This document shows positions 27,402-28,874 of a stretch of DNA of 28,874 bases, piece by piece (positions within the stretch are counted from its first letter, which is position 1; every line of letters begins with the position of its first letter). Below the pieces are notes generated by a model. The model made no database searches and was not told where the DNA came from. It saw only the letters and a program-made list of their open reading frames with translations. Source of the stretch: Leptolyngbyaceae cyanobacterium (GTDB lineage: Bacteria > Cyanobacteriota > Cyanobacteriia > Phormidesmidales > Phormidesmidaceae). Made by a program: the position numbers and the translations under genes. The stretch spans positions 1-28,874 of the forward strand of contig CBDHHL010000054.1 in NCBI GenBank assembly GCA_965263355.1, written 5' to 3'.

Positions 27402-28368
27402 GAAGAAGCCGCAAACCCAGCCCGACGCCAGTCGCCCCGCAGCTTAAACAACAGCTCCTTGTAGGGCAGTTCACCTGCCTTGGCCTTTAGCGCCTCCGCC
27501 GCATAGGGCTCGTTGGCAAAGTGGGCCAGGGCCCCCAACCAATCTAAAAATTCACTGGTCCCCGGCAGCTTGGTTAACCCCTTCTGACCCCGAATCGCCA
27601 AAAACTCATCCAACGCCGCATCCACCAAGTCTGCTGACGGGGCAGGTTTTACCTCTGCTTCTCCCTGTTCAGCCATCTGCTGAAAGTGGATTTCCACAAT
27701 CTTTTTCAGATCATCCCGCTCGGGAAACTCAATAAAGTAGTACACACATCGCCGTAAAAACGGAGCAGGCAAATTTCCTTTCTCTTTATTACTGGTGATG
27801 ATCACAATGGGTGGGTACTTAGCCGTAATCGTTCTACCGGTCTCCCGCACCCGAAACGCATAGGGTTTCTCCAACAGCGCCAGCAAATCATTGGGAAAGT
27901 CCAGGTCCGCCTTATCAATCTCATCGATCAGCACCACCGACGGGCAATCATTCCTAAACGCCTGCCCCAACTCCTTAAATTCTAGATAATTCATTGACAT
28001 TCCTCGGATTAGCCGTACGTTGGCCCTCCCTTGCTTTGGCATTCACATCCTTTCAGCAAATTGACATCATGCAGCCGCAGCAGTGCATCGTATTCGTACA
28101 ACCCCTCCTGATACCGTGTAGTCGAGCGAATATTCCATCGATAAAGCGGATACCCCAGCTCGTGGGCCACCGCCGATGCCAGTCGCGTTTTGCCACAGCC
28201 CGCCTCACCCTCCAGCAACAAAGGCCGCTTTAGAAAAATCGATAGATTGACCGCCTTGATTAACTCCTCAGAGGGTAAGTAAGGCTCTGCTCCCGGACAA
28301 TCAGCATGAATAGCCTCGGGTTCAGTAGGACGGTTCTCCGAATTACCAGTAAAAAATCTCATAAGCAC
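27398..28368 (-). CDS. MoxR-family AAA+ ATPase (frameshifted near 27990-28050 as given)
   Basis: RPLLLEGEAGCGKT and YDALLRLHD in one frame; VVLIDEIDKAD, IITSNKE and LPAPFLRRC in another. Confidence 0.88.
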
Positions 28369-28391
28369 TCAAGCCATTACCCATCACAACA

Positions 28392-28874
28392 CTAAGCATT
28401 ACAAAACTCTTTTTCAATCGCATCACGAACAATTGATGGAATCCCACCCATACCACGCCTGTAGAAACGAGCAGCCACCGTTTCAAGTTCCCTCGCTGGT
28501 AATCCTGTAAATTCTAACCAATCTTCAATATCATCTTTACTCCAGTTACCAAGATCAATATTTAAAACCTTATTAGGCTTAACGCTAATATCATTTTCAT
28601 CAGTTAACAAAGGAGACATAATCTCCAGGCAACTTTCAGGCAAAAAATCATCTGAAACAACAACAAGGAAAACATAAACACGTCGCCATGATTTTTCAGA
28701 AACAACTTTTGATAATTTAGAAATTAGCTTTGGGTAAAATGTCTCACAGAGCCAGCTAAATACATGTTCTTGCTCAGGAATCCTATGCCACTGCTTAATT
28801 TCCAGGAATAGAATACTCTTACTACGCAAAGATTCACAAATTCTCTCAACAACATTCTCTAAGAGTTCATCGAA
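28392..28874 (-). CDS. C-terminal part of an inactive-STAND (iSTAND)-like first component of a MoxR/vWA system (truncated by the window edge)
   Basis: Frame is open to the edge (FDELLENVVERICESLRSKSILFLEIKQW); LGNWSKDDIEDWL and GGIP resemble STAND helical motifs; lies directly upstream of moxR. Confidence 0.55.
   Translation of the reverse strand, partial: FDELLENVVERICESLRSKSILFLEIKQWHRIPEQEHVFSWLCETFYPKLISKLSKVVSEKSWRRVYVFLVVVSDDFLPESCLEIMSPLLTDENDISVKPNKVLNIDLGNWSKDDIEDWLEFTGLPARELETVAARFYRRGMGGIPSIVRDAIEKEFCNA

Noticed and set aside
4482..28233. Numerous short antisense or overlapping ORFs in the ORF track
   Set aside because: They are shadows of well-supported genes, or frameshift fragments already merged into the target and moxR calls.

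Overview
The window looks like part of a cyanobacterial plasmid (HIP1 GCGATCGC sites, cyanobacterial-type gene families) and has four blocks. (1) 1-3.5 kb, maintenance: tyrosine recombinase, parB/parA and three copies of a 20-bp palindrome (candidate parS, one copy inside parB). (2) 4.1-14.4 kb, cargo: BTAD/STAND regulator, DUF4242-like protein, SAM methyltransferase, spondin/RTX protein, an (NGLRL)5 repeat protein next to an ADYC-domain protein, GNAT, glycosyltransferase and HSL-family esterase. (3) 14.4-19.5 kb, putative replicon: an HTH protein and an AEP primase-like Rep, transcribed divergently around a 1.3-kb array of about 24 TGATTACA repeats, most followed 6-7 nt later by TCTAGA. (4) 19.7-28.9 kb, all on the minus strand: a diversity-generating retroelement (avd, RT, template repeat 20840-20954) with three FGE-sulfatase/CLec-fold target genes whose variable repeats have substitutions only at template adenines. 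One target follows directly on an iSTAND-like/MoxR/vWA gene set, and a vapBC pair sits inside the DGR. All three targets and moxR carry small frameshifts that may be sequencing or assembly errors. A conserved 19-nt polypyrimidine motif follows every variable repeat in place of the usual GC hairpin. All calls are from motif recognition by eye; no database searches were run.
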